Source: Octopus bimaculoides
Taxonomy: Eukaryota
Length of the DNA: 64,000 bases
Direction of reading: 5' to 3'
Assembly: GCF_001194135.2 (NCBI RefSeq)
Contig: NC_068983.1
Coordinates: 67,313,249 to 67,377,248 of the forward strand
This document shows, piece by piece, positions 12,701 to 28,700 of the stretch (position 1 is the stretch's first letter; each line of letters starts with the position of its first letter). The position numbers and the translations under genes are program-made. Under the pieces are notes generated by a model. The model made no database searches, had not been told where the DNA came from, and saw only the letters and a list, made by a program, of their open reading frames with translations.

Positions 12701-15437
12701 ATTGGAATTATTATCTACCTCAATGCAAATGTTTGACAATGATATGTGAATCTTATATGCAACTGCAGAAGGAATGCAAAGAACCATGTTTATCTAAATT
12801 CCTATACAATAAGTTATTCTAAATTGACTATTTAGAAAAACAAAGTCTTTCTTTATTTGTAAGAGATTATTTTCATTTTTTTTTTTATTAGCATCACAAG
12901 TTTTTTATTAGGGTTTTAATTTGCACATGCTTTTAAAAATTGATATGCATTAATGACATGTAGAACTATGCAGATAAATATATTTCAACAATGAATAATG
13001 AAAATAATTGGCACAGTTGATTTTAGTTTCATCCAGATATTGATGCTTCTTCTAAATGCACTAATTGCTATATAAGAATGTTTGATTTAAGTTAAAGAAT
13101 CAAGCAATTTGTTGCAGTTAATTATTTTCATATTCATTGCTTTCTTTAAATTTAAGTAATTCCATAAATTCTTTCAATATCACTAATTACTTCATTGGTA
13201 GCTGGAAAGCAATCTAAAGAGAGAGAGAGGGAAGAATTCAAATGCTGTGGTGCATATAAAAGTCCAGTAGATATACATGTACCCAACTACCAACTAATAT
13301 GTATATGTATATATAAATCCCTGTACATTTATAACTATTAATATACACATAGTTTTGTTGGTATGTATATCCAGAGGGTTCTTCGATGCAAGTCACACTG
13401 TCAACATTAGATGTACCATGTCATTTCAGAAAGTATGTCACTCGTTGCTATGATTTGGGACCTAATGACAGAAGTCTCTTCGTGCAAGGAAAGATGTTGT
13501 TTTTTTCTTCTATGAAATAATAGCCAAAATGACGACTATTATGAAATCAACTAACCTTGTAAAGAAATATAAGAGAAACCATCCACTATATTGAGGATCG
13601 TATCTGGATGGAAGTAAAATTTTATTGAAAAATGTTTGACATATCGAACAAAAGCACAGTTGGTTCTGTACACCATGAAATGGAACACAAACAGTATCAA
13701 ATTCAGAAATAATAACTAATAAACATGTTAAATAAATTTACAAATAAAAATGCATAATTTTTCTATCAGAGTTTTAATAGGGGAAATTTAAAGGAGCTTT
13801 CACCTAAATATTGGGTAAAATTGCAAGAAATAAAATGCATCAGCAAGTAATGACGTGATACAGATTGTTAAGATTGTTCATGAGCTCCTCATGAAATGCT
13901 GGTCATTTGGAGTTATTTATGCTACATTGCAGGAAAGAAAGTAAAACTATTGGTGGGAAAAGCCAAAGAGGGAGTTTTATTTAATAATACTCCCACAACA
14001 AAGTATAAACTTTGAAGTGATATAACTTTCTTTTTGCTAATTATTTTTATACTGGTTCAATAAAACAAATTATCATCTAAAAACATACAGGCAATAAAAA
14101 AATAGCTGAAGCAATTAGTTGAAATAGTCACTGTCTGTCTCTGTATATCTATAAATACAGTTACACAGCTTGACATGACATCTATGTGGCAGGTGAATAT
14201 CACACAAACATGCAAAGGGTAATGGCATGAATTCATGATGGGATCATTTGGGAGATTAATTTGCTGGGTTTTTTTTTTTGTTTGTTTTTTTTTTCTGTGG
14301 ATTATTCTATCACTAATACAGCATGACCATTACACCAATGCTAGGTAAAAATTAACTGAAAACTACTGACAGAAAAACATTATTTACCATCAGATATAAA
14401 ATTCTGATTCAAAATGATTAAACAGAAAAACAGTCTAGTCAAGCAATTTAGCAAAAGATTATGTTATTTCAGATGTATTTCAATCTTATGTGAAATCTCA
14501 CAGAATATCTTTGAACTGTATATCCATGAACCATTAATATTCTAAAATACCAAAGAGTTTTTTTACTGTACTGTATTACCTCTCTTTATTCAGAAATCAC
14601 GGAATGTATTGTTTAAAAAAGTGTTTTGTAATCCAGCATGTCTTCAACTATGTTGAGCAGTAATGTTTCTTTTCTTTAATTTTTTTTAATGCTTGCTACC
14701 TTACCCTGCAAGTCACTGATTGTTTTCAATGTTCAATTTACTATCATCATCATCATTAACATCACCATCCATGTCGTTGTTATTCTCCTCCTCCTCCTCC
14801 TCCTTATCATCATTGTCATCATTTCATTTCTTTTTATTAGCAAACTTTTTATCATCATTATCAGTTACATTAATTTCAGATATGCAAGTTTCCCCCTACA
14901 TTATAAATATCATTAGTAAGTACTCTTTCAAATATTATCAAAATAGAATTAATTTCCAAGAAATCTTTTAAACATCTCTCTCTCTCTCTCTCTCATGAGG
15001 ACATTCCTGGAGAAAGAAGGTGCTGAATATTATGAGACAGCTACAATGATTTTAATGTTGAGATTTAAATAATCAATAAGTATCCAGATTCATCCTCCCC
15101 ATGCCATGAGGTTAGACATTTATGGTTAACAGGAATATCCCATATATTTGATTCATTTATAAAAAATTATTTAAAAAAAGCTATATTACTATTTCAATAT
15201 TCATTCCCCTCATTTAAAACTTAGCATTTTTAAAAGGTAAAATAGAAGAAGGGAAGCTTGTATAATTTCAACCATAGTACAAGAAAATAACCCTTGAATT
15301 GAATAATAAATGTGTGTGTGTGTGTTTGCCTGTTTGCCTAGCCAACAGGATGGCATCGTTCAAAAGCTAAAATGATGCAAAATGCATCTGATAGTCTAAT
15401 CCATCATATGAGAATGTGACAGTATGTGTGTGTGTAT

Positions 15438-15491
<54 letters not shown>

Positions 15492-15528
15492 ATATGTAGA
15501 TACATATATTTGTGTAGATATCTATTTA

Positions 15529-15568
<40 letters not shown>

Positions 15569-18085
15569 GGTTCAACATACATATATATATATTGTATTTG
15601 CACGCATATACGTATATATATTTACTCACACATCATATAGATATATATATTCATATACATTTATTCATGTGTGTGTGTATCTATGTATAAATATATAAGA
15701 CATTCGTTTCTGTGTTCTTGGATGGTTGGATATAGCAAGTTATTTGTTGTCCCTGCCCCTTGTCCAGTATTCTTAGTTCAAAAGCTACCCATATCATCTT
15801 TACCTTTCACACTTTTAGTGTTGATAGAAGTTGCAATGTTTGTGCAAAGTTTCAGAGAATGCATTTCTGTTCTCTACAGCTGCATTAAATTATTGACCAA
15901 GACAATTAAATTATTGGCACATTCTGTAGTGATCTCATCTCAGCTATCCCATGTCAAGATAGATAATTTTAAACTTTGGATGATGATGAAAATGGTGATG
16001 ATGTTAATTCCATATTGCATATATGTCTACATAACATGTATTTATGTTTTTAAGTATATTAGAGCTTTGTGATTCACTAAAAAGTTTGACCAGTTTTCAA
16101 CATTTTGTCCATCTTCTATCTTATTTTGGCTTCAAAATGTCATTGAAAAATTACATACCAAAGTTACTGAAGTAAGAGATACTAAGTAATTTTATATGTT
16201 AGTTACAAAAAATGAAGTTAGAAAACTGTTTCATTCCTGTTCAAACTCTAAATCTTTGTATTGAAAGAATGTATTTCTTAGCTTTATTTTCATACTATCT
16301 TAAATTTCATATAGCATATATTTTCAAGTTCAATATCTATATTGTCTGATATTGTCAAAAACTGCAACAGAAGCATATACTAAATAGTTTAGAATTGTTT
16401 GAATTATTTAGTTTCTCCCAAAATGGAAAGCTGAATATCACTTAGCATAATTTGCTGACAAGTTTAAATGAATGAATTAGACTCGGTGTGGAACTGAAGA
16501 AATTTGCTAATATCTTAAAGCAAAATATTACCCTTGCTTTAGAGGTTGAATACCTCAAACAGCTTTCTTTAAAATTATTATGTGGATATAAATACTAGCA
16601 CAAGATGTTTATTGCTAATTGGTGTAAGAATTGACCACTCATGAGCATACCTCCATGATCCCAGCTCTAAATTCAAAATTCCTTCTTATTGTACCAAGAG
16701 TAGTTAAAACAATGTTATATCTCTAGTATCAAACACAGTAAAAATCATTTTGCACGGGGGTACAAATAATTAAGAAAAAGAGTAACAAAAGAAAGATTAC
16801 AAGAGTGAGCATCACTTTTACTTTCATTTCAAAATATTTCTGCAAGAAGAGTTATACAGTAATTTGATTGTTTATTAATTTATTAAACTACTGATACCTT
16901 TAGATTAAAGCTTGTTAATAGTTTTGGACCTTTCTAAGATATTCTCCTAAAAATAAGGTGAAATATATAGATACATTCATAAGTCAAACTATTGTAAATA
17001 ACAGTCTGTGAAGATGGATTTAAACTGAATGAACAAGACAATGACAGTTCAATTTTCTTATCAGTTGTGCATTAATTGGCAGCATTTTTTATAAACAGTT
17101 TCCTCAGTACATTATTTACTGCAACAACTGATCATACCAACTGAAGCAATGTGACAATATCAGAAAACTTTCTAAACTTGATAAAAATTTTAATTTTTCT
17201 TTTTTATCATCATCAAGGAGGTTTCAAGTTGATAAATACAATGTAGAACATCCTTTATTGACCGACGGCTAAAACAAAAGAAAAAAAAAACTCTGCAAAG
17301 TGTTGTATATTCAATAGGTGAATTTATATTTCATGTTGTGCAATTATATATTTGTGCAGCAATCAACAGTGTGCATATAATGTATGTGCAGTGAGTGCAT
17401 GTATGTATAGCTTGTATGTTCAATCTTAGTGGAGAATAATGATTAAAATTAAGGAAGAAACACTGAAGTTATCCTGTGATATTACAGAGGTTGGGTTTCT
17501 CTTAAGTTCTTGGTTAACTTATTTCATTTGATAGTTATTCTCTATCAAAGCTTTACTGCTATCATTCTACTGACAGAACCTCATATTCCTATTTCTTCCA
17601 GAGAATTTTTATATTTCTCTGTTTCGATCCCTGGAAGATCAAATCTTGATGATCATTTCATTATTATGATTGGCTTTGTTTTCAATATTTTAACTCTCCT
17701 GGTTGAATTTTAGTTTCATAAATAGTTATTTAAGATATAAACCTACATAGGTGAAATTATTTATCAGTATCATCTGAAATATATTAAAGGAAAGTTTTGA
17801 TACCAGCAGACTGAACTGGAAATTAACTTCTGTTCTTCTTTGTATTAATATTTTTATATTTTTTAAAAAAGAATATCATATTTTCAGGAGGTATTTCACA
17901 AACCAAAGACAAAAAAGTAATCATAATTTCCAAATGGAAACAAACTTTTAGGAAATGAATTTTTAAAAATTTATATTAACAAATACATTGGGATAGATTG
18001 CAAAGAGTTTAACATGAGACATCATGCAGAAAATTAAGTGTTTCATTAATTGATTTCTCTTTATATATATAATGTTAGTATGTAC

Positions 18086-18122
<37 letters not shown>

Positions 18123-18736
18123 AGTGTATTACAATTTGGTGTATTTTTTCAATGACTGCTTGACCATTAAAAATTTGCCACCAAACTCAACATCATGTAT
18201 TGTTAGACTTTAGAGAACATAATTGTTTGTTCTGTTGTGTAAATTTATTTGATTTTGTGGAAAGTTTCTGGGCATGTCTACCCTTGTATGTATGTTTAAA
18301 ACAATGTTACATTCCTAAATACTGACTGTACATAATTTATATGAAATATTCACCGTCAGTTTTACATCTGTATCTGTCCCAAGTTTTCTTGCAGTATTCT
18401 TTATCTTGTTTTTCTTCTGTGTTTTCACCTGCCTTTGTCATGTTCTTTATGAAGCTATTGATTCAGCTTTACAAATGTGGGATTCATTTGAAACCAAAAA
18501 TAGTTTATGTTTAATCATGGTGGGAGATGAAACAAAAACTAAACTGTAGGAAAATTATTTTAAAATGACAAAATAATTACACAAACAAAATATATTACTT
18601 GAAGTAATCAAAATCTTGCTTGAAATAGATTAGCCTTTGACTTGCAACCATGACAGAAACTGTTTATGTGTCACGTTAAATAGATGAGTGCACACCCACA
18701 GTGATATATAACTGTATGTGTATATATATGTATGTA

Positions 18737-18767
<31 letters not shown>

Positions 18768-19019
18768 GTTCATCCCAAATAGAATGGAAATAAGCATATC
18801 TTATTTAGGGTTTGGTTTTGTGCAAGAAAAGCTGTATTCAGTGTACTTCATGAATATATCTAAGAGAAAAAAAAGATGAAAGCTGGAATTTTTTTTTTAA
18901 TCTCACACTTAATATAGGTTTGCATGATCCCAATGTAATAAGATTTGAAGTTAACATGTCTTCCCTACAAAATTTTCAGTAATACATGAACACAAAATAA
19001 TTTTTAAAAAATTTTTATT

Positions 19020-19050
<31 letters not shown>

Positions 19051-20487
19051 TTTTTTTGCAATGTAGCATATCATGAACAACTACTATAAGGTTTTTACAA
19101 GAGGTAAAGTTGTTTCAATTGTTACTCCTTTATCTCTCCTGAGTCTACTGGAACAGAGGTTCTTGCAAAAAAAAAAAAATGTATTTGATACAAATGAAGC
19201 AACATATAAACAACTAATATAAAATAAAGCATTTTTTGAAATTCTTTGTAACAATGCCATCATTGTGGACAGAGAAGACAATGGGTAAGAAACCCAAACT
19301 GAATTTTCATGATTTCACAAAGCCCCAGATGTTAATACTGATACATTCCACTAGAACTGTGATACTCAAAGTCAGTTCTATTAGCTTTATTTTAAAGGAA
19401 AGTGTCTCAATTTGCAGTTGCTGAAAAGGAAAGAATTTTTTGTGACTTTTTTAACTTAAAGTCAATGCTATGGATTTATCAAAATGTCATATTCAGCAAT
19501 TACAACAAATCCAAAATATGGAAACTGATGCCAAATTTTACTTAAAAGACCAGAAATAGAAAACTTTCTATAAAAAGGGTCAATTGTGTTGAAGAAAATG
19601 AATTATAACAATGGTGAACGTCACAAGGGTTGAAGGAACTAAAAACGAAAACACATGGAAAAAATTTGAAATGAAACAAATATTTCTAAAACTGGACAGC
19701 TAAACAATTTGAAAAAAGCAAAAAAAAAAAACAAAAAAAAAAAGAAAAATTCCTAACACCAATCAGAGTATCCATGCTTACTTCATAAGCACTCATGTAC
19801 ATAAACTAAAGTGGCCACATTTTTACATATTTTTCTCTTTCTTACTAATCTGTTTAACCTTGTCTTACTTGTAAGCAAATAGTTTTGTTGCTTTATATTT
19901 GGCTACTGGATGAAAGTTCAATCAAAACAAGAATCTATTTCAAATGCAAACATCGCTGAATCGTAAAAGATGTTTTCAAATGAAAATTTACTAGTCATTC
20001 AATTATCTCTCGCTAAAAGTATATGAATGTTTTTGAAAATTATATNNNNNNNNNNNNNNNNNNNNNNNNNNNNNNNNNNNNNNNNNNNNNNNNNNNNNNN
20101 NNNNNNNNNNNNNNNNNNNNNNNNNNNNNNNNNNNNNNNNNNNNNNNNNNNNNNNNNNNNNNNNNNNNNNNNNNNNNNNNNNNNNNNNNNNNNNNNNNNN
20201 NNNNNNNNNNNNNNNNNNNNNNNNNNNNNNNNNNNNNNNNNNNNNNNNNNNNNNNNNNNNNNNNNNNNNNNNNNNNNNNNNNNNNNNNNNNNNNNNNNNN
20301 NNNNNNNNNNNNNNNNNNNNNNNNNNNNNNNNNNNNNNNNNNNNNNNNNNNNNNNNNNNNNNNNNNNNNNNNNNNNNNNNNNNNNNNNNNNNNNNNNNNN
20401 NNNNNNNNNNNNNNNNNNNNNNNNNNNNNNNNNNNNNNNNNNNNNNNNNNNNNNATGTGTGTGTGTGTGTGTGTGTGTGTATGTACA

Positions 20488-20525
<38 letters not shown>

Positions 20526-21006
20526 CTCATACACACATATATTACACCAAAGAATGTTCGGTTTTGAAAAAAAAAGCCTTGCTAATAACAAAAATGCTAC
20601 ATGGTATTGAAGTTGTTTTGTTCTTTCAGTCTTAAAGGGAACTACAGACCAAAATGCATGTCTCACAGAGTTTTTTTGTTTTTTTTTAACGGTTATATGA
20701 AATGGAAAAAAGAATCTGTTATTCTTTAAAGGTGGGACATTTTGTATGAAAGCCGTGCTAAAAAAAATATCATATGACCCCCCTCTCTATTCTATCTCTC
20801 TCACATAAATATAATATATATATATATGTGTGTGTGTATGTATATATATATATATAAACGTACCTTTGTATGTATTTTATACTTACATGTTTATATTTGC
20901 GAGTATGTAAATCATAGTAAAACTGCATTAGCGAATAATGGATATGCTCACACACATGCATACATGGACACATATATACACATATATACAGGCATATTTA
21001 GGTGAG

Positions 21007-21037
<31 letters not shown>

Positions 21038-22366
21038 CATACATGATTATTTGTAACTATTGTATTGATGACAACAAATTTTTGATTCTCTTGTAGCACA
21101 TTGTTGGTAATGTCTGCTAATACCCATTCAAGTCTTCCTCACATTGCAGCTAGGGTTCATAGGCTATCAAAAGAATTTTGTTTGCCTTTTTTAATTACAG
21201 TATATGAAGAAGATATTGCAAGAAGTGTCAACTGACTAAACTTACCATACATACAAACAAACCTGTAAACTGAACATATCTACCATGTATATTCATGTGC
21301 TTATATATTTTCATTGTCATACATACTCACACACAAGCACATACATACACACACTTATACCTGAATACATACATACTCACACACACACACACACGTATGT
21401 ACATATGTATGTGTGTGTGTGTGTATTATTGTAGGTATGCACAGTTTCAATGTCTAACAGTGAGAATCCTCATACTGTCCAAGGATTCCTATCCAGCTTG
21501 ACTCTACTAGTCACTGTAAGTCACTGAAATTCCTAATACCAAAGAAAAAGAAAACTACTATTCCCAAAAAATGTCTGTCTTTCTTTGAGGTTGTCATATG
21601 GTGCAATTTAAATGCATATACAAATGTACAAACTTATATATATGTGTGAGTGTGTGTGTATGTGTGTACATACATGCATACAAATATATATGCAAGTGTA
21701 TGCCAACAAGCATACAACATGCAGCTTATTATTGTGTTATGTAAAATAACATGAATAATCTGAAATATTTCTCTAAAATTTCATGTGAATTATGTTGCTT
21801 ATTTCAGTAGTTTTAATAAAGGTGGTTCTTTACTAGCAAGTCAGTCCACGTATGACATATCATTACAACAAACAACTAAACCAATCTGTATACATAACAT
21901 ACAAAAACAACAAAAAAAATTTTTAAAGCACTTGAACATTGTGAATAAAAAAAGAAAGATTTGAAGATAAGTCAGGAAATTCAGGATTTCAGACCAAAAA
22001 AAAATAACAGAAAACTGTAGAAAGAGAAGGAAGATCTTTGCAAATTGTATTAGCAGCATGGAAAGATTGAGAGGGAGTATGCATATGTATGTGAGTGTAG
22101 GGTGATGTATGTGCATGTGTCAAGCTTGCTTTCGTTTTCTGAAAGAAGCACAACAGTACAGACCTAAGATGTTGTTACATAACACTTCAGTGCTTCCACT
22201 GTTATCGTTGCCCACCATTACATTGTTTAAGCAATGCAAAATAATAATGAGATGTTATAGACAAACACATCTACAAAACAAATGCCAAGTTGTAGAGATA
22301 TATAAATACGTATTCATATAAATACCTATATAAATGCAAAGATGTTTATGTTTGTGAATATTATGC

Positions 22367-22404
<38 letters not shown>

Positions 22405-22448
22405 CTGTGTGCATGTATGTGTGTATGTAGTTATGTGTGTGTGCGTGG

Positions 22449-22485
<37 letters not shown>

Positions 22486-22709
22486 TAAGCACACATACAT
22501 GCTCTTATATACACACACACACATGTACATGTATGCATTTTGTTGTAACTTTTCTGATAACCCTGCATACACAGGTGAAATTCTAGAGTAGTAAGAAGAG
22601 ACTGTCTCAACCAAACTATAATATTAATCTGTACTTGTACTGAGTACTTTTTCTTTCAATGGTCAATAATGTAGATTAAACAAATATATATTTGTGTGTG
22701 TGTGTGTAT

Positions 22710-22796
<87 letters not shown>

Positions 22797-22854
22797 AAAA
22801 TGAATTATTTCTTGTTTTCTTGAAGTTTCTAAATTCTTATAACATAACATATAT

Positions 22855-22923
<69 letters not shown>

Positions 22924-23705
22924 TGCATGTGTACATTTATGTATGTATGAAATTATGTACATGAGTTGGATGAATTTTATCAGATATTGTTGAACTACTA
23001 ATCAACAACTCACGAGTATGCTCCTATGGATACACAGGCATGTATATATATGGGCTAGCTAGCTTAGTAAGGAGATAAGATGTTTCCTGTTGAAGTCCCA
23101 ACTCTTATTTTGGATTGAAAAGGGCAAAATCATTGAGTTAGGCTAATCTGAGCAAGCTCTGGTATATGATATTTGCTTACACATACACATTCATGCATAT
23201 ACATGTGTATGTGTTTGTGTATACTTGTATATATTTGTATATGTAAGTGTGTACATATGTATATGCTTGTATGTGTGTGTCTGCAGACACAGATGCACCT
23301 CCATATAAATATTAACATATATGGGTGTATGTATGTGTGTGCATGCATATAGTACGTATTGATTCACCATGAAGTGATAAATTACAAATCTTATATGTAA
23401 CAGTAAAAGGCTCAAACATGTCAATACTTCATGATTTGCATGGTAGCTCTTTCATATGAAAAGCTGAATTTGTTGCCTCTTAAGTCATCAGATGCTAGAA
23501 TAGATTTGACAATATTATATGAAAGGTATCCCGAAAAGCTTATCTCAACATTTGTTAAAAATTTCATGCAAGCCTTATTTTACAAAAGTGGCTGCTATTT
23601 TAAGGTGCCATTTTCCACTCCCTTCCTGCCTTTTGTAGCAATACAAACATTTTCTGAAATGCATATGTATATTTGTGTGCATATATATGTATATGAGTGT
23701 GTGTT

Positions 23706-23741
<36 letters not shown>

Positions 23742-25720
23742 NNNNNNNNNNNNNNNNNNNNNNNNNNNNNNNNNNNNNNNNNNNNNNNNNNNNNNNNNNN
23801 NNNNNNNNNNNNNNNNNNNNNNNNNNNNNNNNNNNNNNNNNNNNNNNNNNNNNNNNNNNNNNNNNNNNNNNNNNNNNNNNNNNNNNNNNNNNNNNNNNNN
23901 NNNNNNNNNNNNNNNNNNNNNNNNNNNNNNNNNNNNNNNNNNNNNNNNNNNNNNNNNNNNNNNNNNNNNNNNNNNNNNNNNNNNNNNNNNNNNNNNNNNN
24001 NNNNNNNNNNNNNNNNNNNNNNNNNNNNNNNNNNNNNNNNNNNNNNNNNNNNNNNNNNNNNNNNNNNNNNNNNNNNNNNNNNNNNNNNNNNNNNNNNNNN
24101 NNNNNNNNNNNNNNNNNNNNNNNNNNNNNNNNNNNNNNNATATATATAGTGAGAGAGAGAGACATCTAAAAATACATCTGACACAAACTGTTGGCAGCCT
24201 GCATTGAGAAAATTTTATTTGTATATATTTATAAAAATGTAGGTATATTTAAATTTTAAGAGCAAGGTTCTAAAGTTGGATACAAGTGTACTTTGGTGGG
24301 AAAGCAAAAAATATGCTGTCTTTTGAAATTGAAGACATGATGGAAAAAAAAAGCAAACAGGATGACTCAAAAAGTATCAGCAGGGAGTGGACATTTGGTT
24401 GCCAGCGCATGGCAAGGAAGTAGACATGGATAGGGATAATTTCCATGCTGAAGTTGGGAGAGTGTGTGAGAGAATGATTTGTGGCAAGAAGGAAGGGTCA
24501 GGGGTGAAGCTGGAAGCAATCCTTGCAGAAAACATTCCTATCATGAAAAGTTGCAGATGCCACAATTCACAGATAAAGTGAAGGTCAATTCAGAAACCGG
24601 GTATAGCAAGCAAGGTAAAATCAAAGATATGGGCACAGACATTTAAATGTTGAAGTGATGCTTGAACATAAATATATGTGTACATGTTATTGTATGTGAC
24701 TACAGGCAATAGAATTTATTTATCAGGCTGGCAATGTCTCAGCAAGTTTCTACAAAGAATGAGAAACAATTTGATAGGTTCAACCAGGAAACACACATAC
24801 AATGCATGTGGAGTAGGGTGGTATTAGAAAGCATGAGGGAGAAAGGAAAACATTCCTTAAAGCTCAGAACTGCTCTGAATGTGAATATGATTCATTTTTG
24901 TTCATTACATTTCTAGGAATGTGAAGCTCTATGTTGGGCACAAAGGCTGAACACTAAAAGGGGCTTAATAGAGTGGTCAGTTGTGTTGAAATATAGAGCT
25001 TTAAAAAGATAGGAAATGTAATGGAGAATACAACAGAAATGATCATGGAAGAAATAGCCCAAGCAATAACAACCTGTTTCATAAAAGAAGAGGGCGTCAC
25101 AGACTTTAAATGTGATACTAGCATATGATGTTAGATGTGCAGTTGAAGTTCAGAGTAACTTGGAGCCAGTAATGGCTGCACATTTCAAAGTTCCTGGTTG
25201 AGTACTGCTAGATGCTAGGGAGCTTCTAACTAGAATCTTGCAGGTATTTTCACCTGTTTTGAAGTATAAACAGTGTGATATCTGAAAGATTGTAGACATT
25301 ATGAAGTCAGAGATTCGTAATTGTATAGAAGAAAAGAGAAGTTGGTCTGTGGAAAGTTAAGGAGACTAGGATGTGCTCAGCTGGGCTGCATACAGAACAC
25401 TCTTAATTCCCTGTTTTACAATGATTGTTTCTGCTGCACCCACTCCTTCATTAACATTATACCTTTAATCACTTCTCTTTCTCATCATCCAAGCAATTTT
25501 GCTTAATCTCTCTCTCGCTTTATCTTTTTCTCACAACTGTTTTCTTCCAACTCAAAAGCAACTCAGCACACATAACCCAGCATGATTTCCTATCATTTCC
25601 AGCCTCTTTCTTTTCATTCCATCTTGTATATTGAAAGAATGCAGCTAAACTTCTCACTTCCCCAAAGAAGGACTTTTGTTTGAAATGTCAGAAACTCTTT
25701 ACTCCTCAAAACTGCATATA

Positions 25721-25770
<50 letters not shown>

Positions 25771-28700
25771 TGTATGTATACATACACACACACATGCAAA
25801 CATGATATTTGTGCAATACATACATATGTATGTATATAAATAGATATATGTGTGTGTGTGTAATATATTTGTACATATATATGTATACTTATATATACAT
25901 ATATTTATACATATGCATGTATGCTTATTTATATGTCTATATATATACACACACACATGTATGCACATACATGTATATGTATTTATACACACACACACAC
26001 ACACATTCACACATATATGTAATCACTTTTACATGAAGCCTAATGCTCAGATGTATGTATTATATTTATTCTTTTGGAATGATGTTGACTATTCTGTCAA
26101 TTTAAACTGCCACCTACCATCATTGTGGTCAGTAAAGCATTAACGAAGTGCATTTCAAATGCATTCATGTATCTCAAAATATTTATTTTTCAGTAAATAT
26201 TTAAGAAATATAACAGTAGTATCTCTTAATTTTAGAACCTCTCTATGCATTAATTGGACAGTCCTTTGCATATTAAAATTTGATAGATTTACTTGAAATA
26301 TATTAGATGTAGCAACTGGTTTAGATTTTTGTATTTTTCTAGTCTGGCATCAGGAAAACATTAGCACATTTGTTAATTAATGAAAGGAATTTGTCTTAAA
26401 ATGTGAATGTTTTGAAATTACAGGAAACCTGTCAATTTGGGTTTCTGTACGAATGTAGAAAATCTCTGAAAATGGAATTTTGTTACTGGATTTTTGGAAT
26501 TAAGCCTTATGGTGTGCCTTTCTCATGCCAGAGCCTGTTGATGGTTCCTTAGAATGCTGACAAATCATCTGTCAAATGAGGAATTGGAATTTGCTGCCAA
26601 CTTCATATATGGTCTATGGACAGTGTTCCAAGGAATTGACTGGTCGTTAATGCACAGACAAAATGGTTGAAAAATTATTGAAATTTGAATTTGTGGTTGT
26701 TATTTTTGTTGTTATTGTTATTAAATGTTGGTCTGAAAAAAGTTACTTATTCAACAACACATGATGATTTAAAATTTATTTATGTCTAAAATGCTTCAGT
26801 TTTAGCCTAGTTACCAAACAATATAATATACAAAGAAATTCATGAAAATTGAACCATTCGAAAGGAAATCAACTGTAAAATATCTTTGTTGTTTACCAAA
26901 ACAATCTTTCTTTTAATAAATTGACAGACAGTAATTTTTTTTCTGTTTCATGAAAATAAAACTAAGTTTATGAAATAAAACTATTCAAATGATAAAAATT
27001 GTTCCAATAAGTCCCAATTTACAAATCCATTAACATAAAATTCAATTCCTGTGAAAGAAAGCATAAGCAACTACTACTCAGTCAAAAATATTTTAGATAG
27101 TTAATAAATTATCCACCATAAGACTTCATCATTAGATTAACTACTAAGAATGCACTAGATTTAGTCCCCATTCTTAAATATCATGGTATAAATACAAAGA
27201 CATTCTTTCATAACTATTAAATAAATTAATTCTTGGGAAATAGATCTGAAGAGTAAATACTTAATATTACAATATAAAATAGAAGAAAAATTACCCTATC
27301 ATTGAAATAACAATTCTGATTTTAGGAAATTATTTTAATAGTTTCTTATAACTAACCAACTATCAACTGCATGCTTTGGGTTGTATATAAAACCAGTATC
27401 AACAAATAGCTAAATTTGTAAAACAAGAATGAAATGTTTCCCTTTCTTTGAAATCCAGTGTTGTTATTAAACTTTCTGAGGTGAAGTGACTGGATTGGGA
27501 AGGTACCTAACTGCTGGCTTCCTGGAAGTTAATGTGCATCCCAATAAGACATTGTGTTGTTTCCCAAAGCAAAACACTTCTGTCTGCTTGCAGAATCATA
27601 TATTTATTACGATTGTTTCTCTTTTATATAAAACTGATGTTAATATATTTGTAATAATGATGATATTTATATAAAAAAAAAACTTAATAGATGTTGATGA
27701 TACTGGTGAGGATAGTAGTATCATTGTAATCAAGGTATTAGCTGTAGATGTTTCCTGTAATAATTTAAATATCAGAGAAAATGTAAAATGTATTTTCCTT
27801 TTAAAATGTATTTTAAGGATCAACCTGAGAATTGCATCAAATTATAAATATTTCATCATGATTCTAACATTCTAACTCTAAGACGGTAGTGAAAATAGTT
27901 ACCAGCAAAACGTTGGACTAAGTTTTTTTTTATGGGATTAAATTCAGTACTTCTGATTGCAAAATCCCATTAAAATTAATTTTTGCCTTTCATCTTTTTG
28001 AGTTTGATGAAATAAGCCCCAACCCTTAAAAAAGATGTAGTTTTGTGCCTAGTTTAAAAAAAATCAATCTTACTTAGTTTCAGAATACATTCTTTTTTAT
28101 TTTACATGTTATACACATTTGTGTGTTAATAAATGTTGTGGGGGGATGGGATAGGTGAGTGTATGTGCAAGTATATGTGTGTGTCCGTGTCCATAATACA
28201 AATGAGTGTATGGTGTAGTGGAAGTAGTAATAGTAGTAGTAATAGTAGAAGTATTAGTAGAAAAACATCTGGTTCTGTACAAGGAAGTATTTGCTGTATC
28301 AGTGTTTAGGTATGAATGGGCATATTGATAAAAGTGAAAAAAAAAAAAAAAGCAAGGAGAGTGATCAGTGTGAGGCATGGTTTTTAATATACATATGAAT
28401 ATTCCATGAACAAGGTGGGAATCTGCTGAAAAAAAAATAAATAAAGTATACCTTGGACAATATTTATAATAACATAAAAATATTAAAAAAAAAAAGACAT
28501 ACACAACAGCTGGCTGCTTAATATGATGAAATTATGGTTGATATCTGACTCCTTGCCACAGGTGGCTCAGTCAGGGAAAAATGAACAAGAGGTGTTGTAA
28601 ATAATTCCTTTATATATGTGGATATGAATAGCCATGTATATATATAAATATACATGTTTGAGTGTTTGAAAATACATATATGTATATGTATATATATATA

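Noticed and set aside
13372-13520. Protein-like 50-codon frame (EGSSMQVTLSTLDVPCHFRKYVTRCYDLGPNDRSLFVQG)
   Set aside because: Weak acceptor, no donor and no recognisable family; such frames are expected by chance.
23431-23670. ORF MICMVALSYEKLNLLPLKSS...
   Set aside because: No motif, and it runs into a microsatellite and gap.
24300-25420. Purine-rich stretch suggestive of an old LINE
   Set aside because: No RT or endonuclease motif could be recovered by eye.
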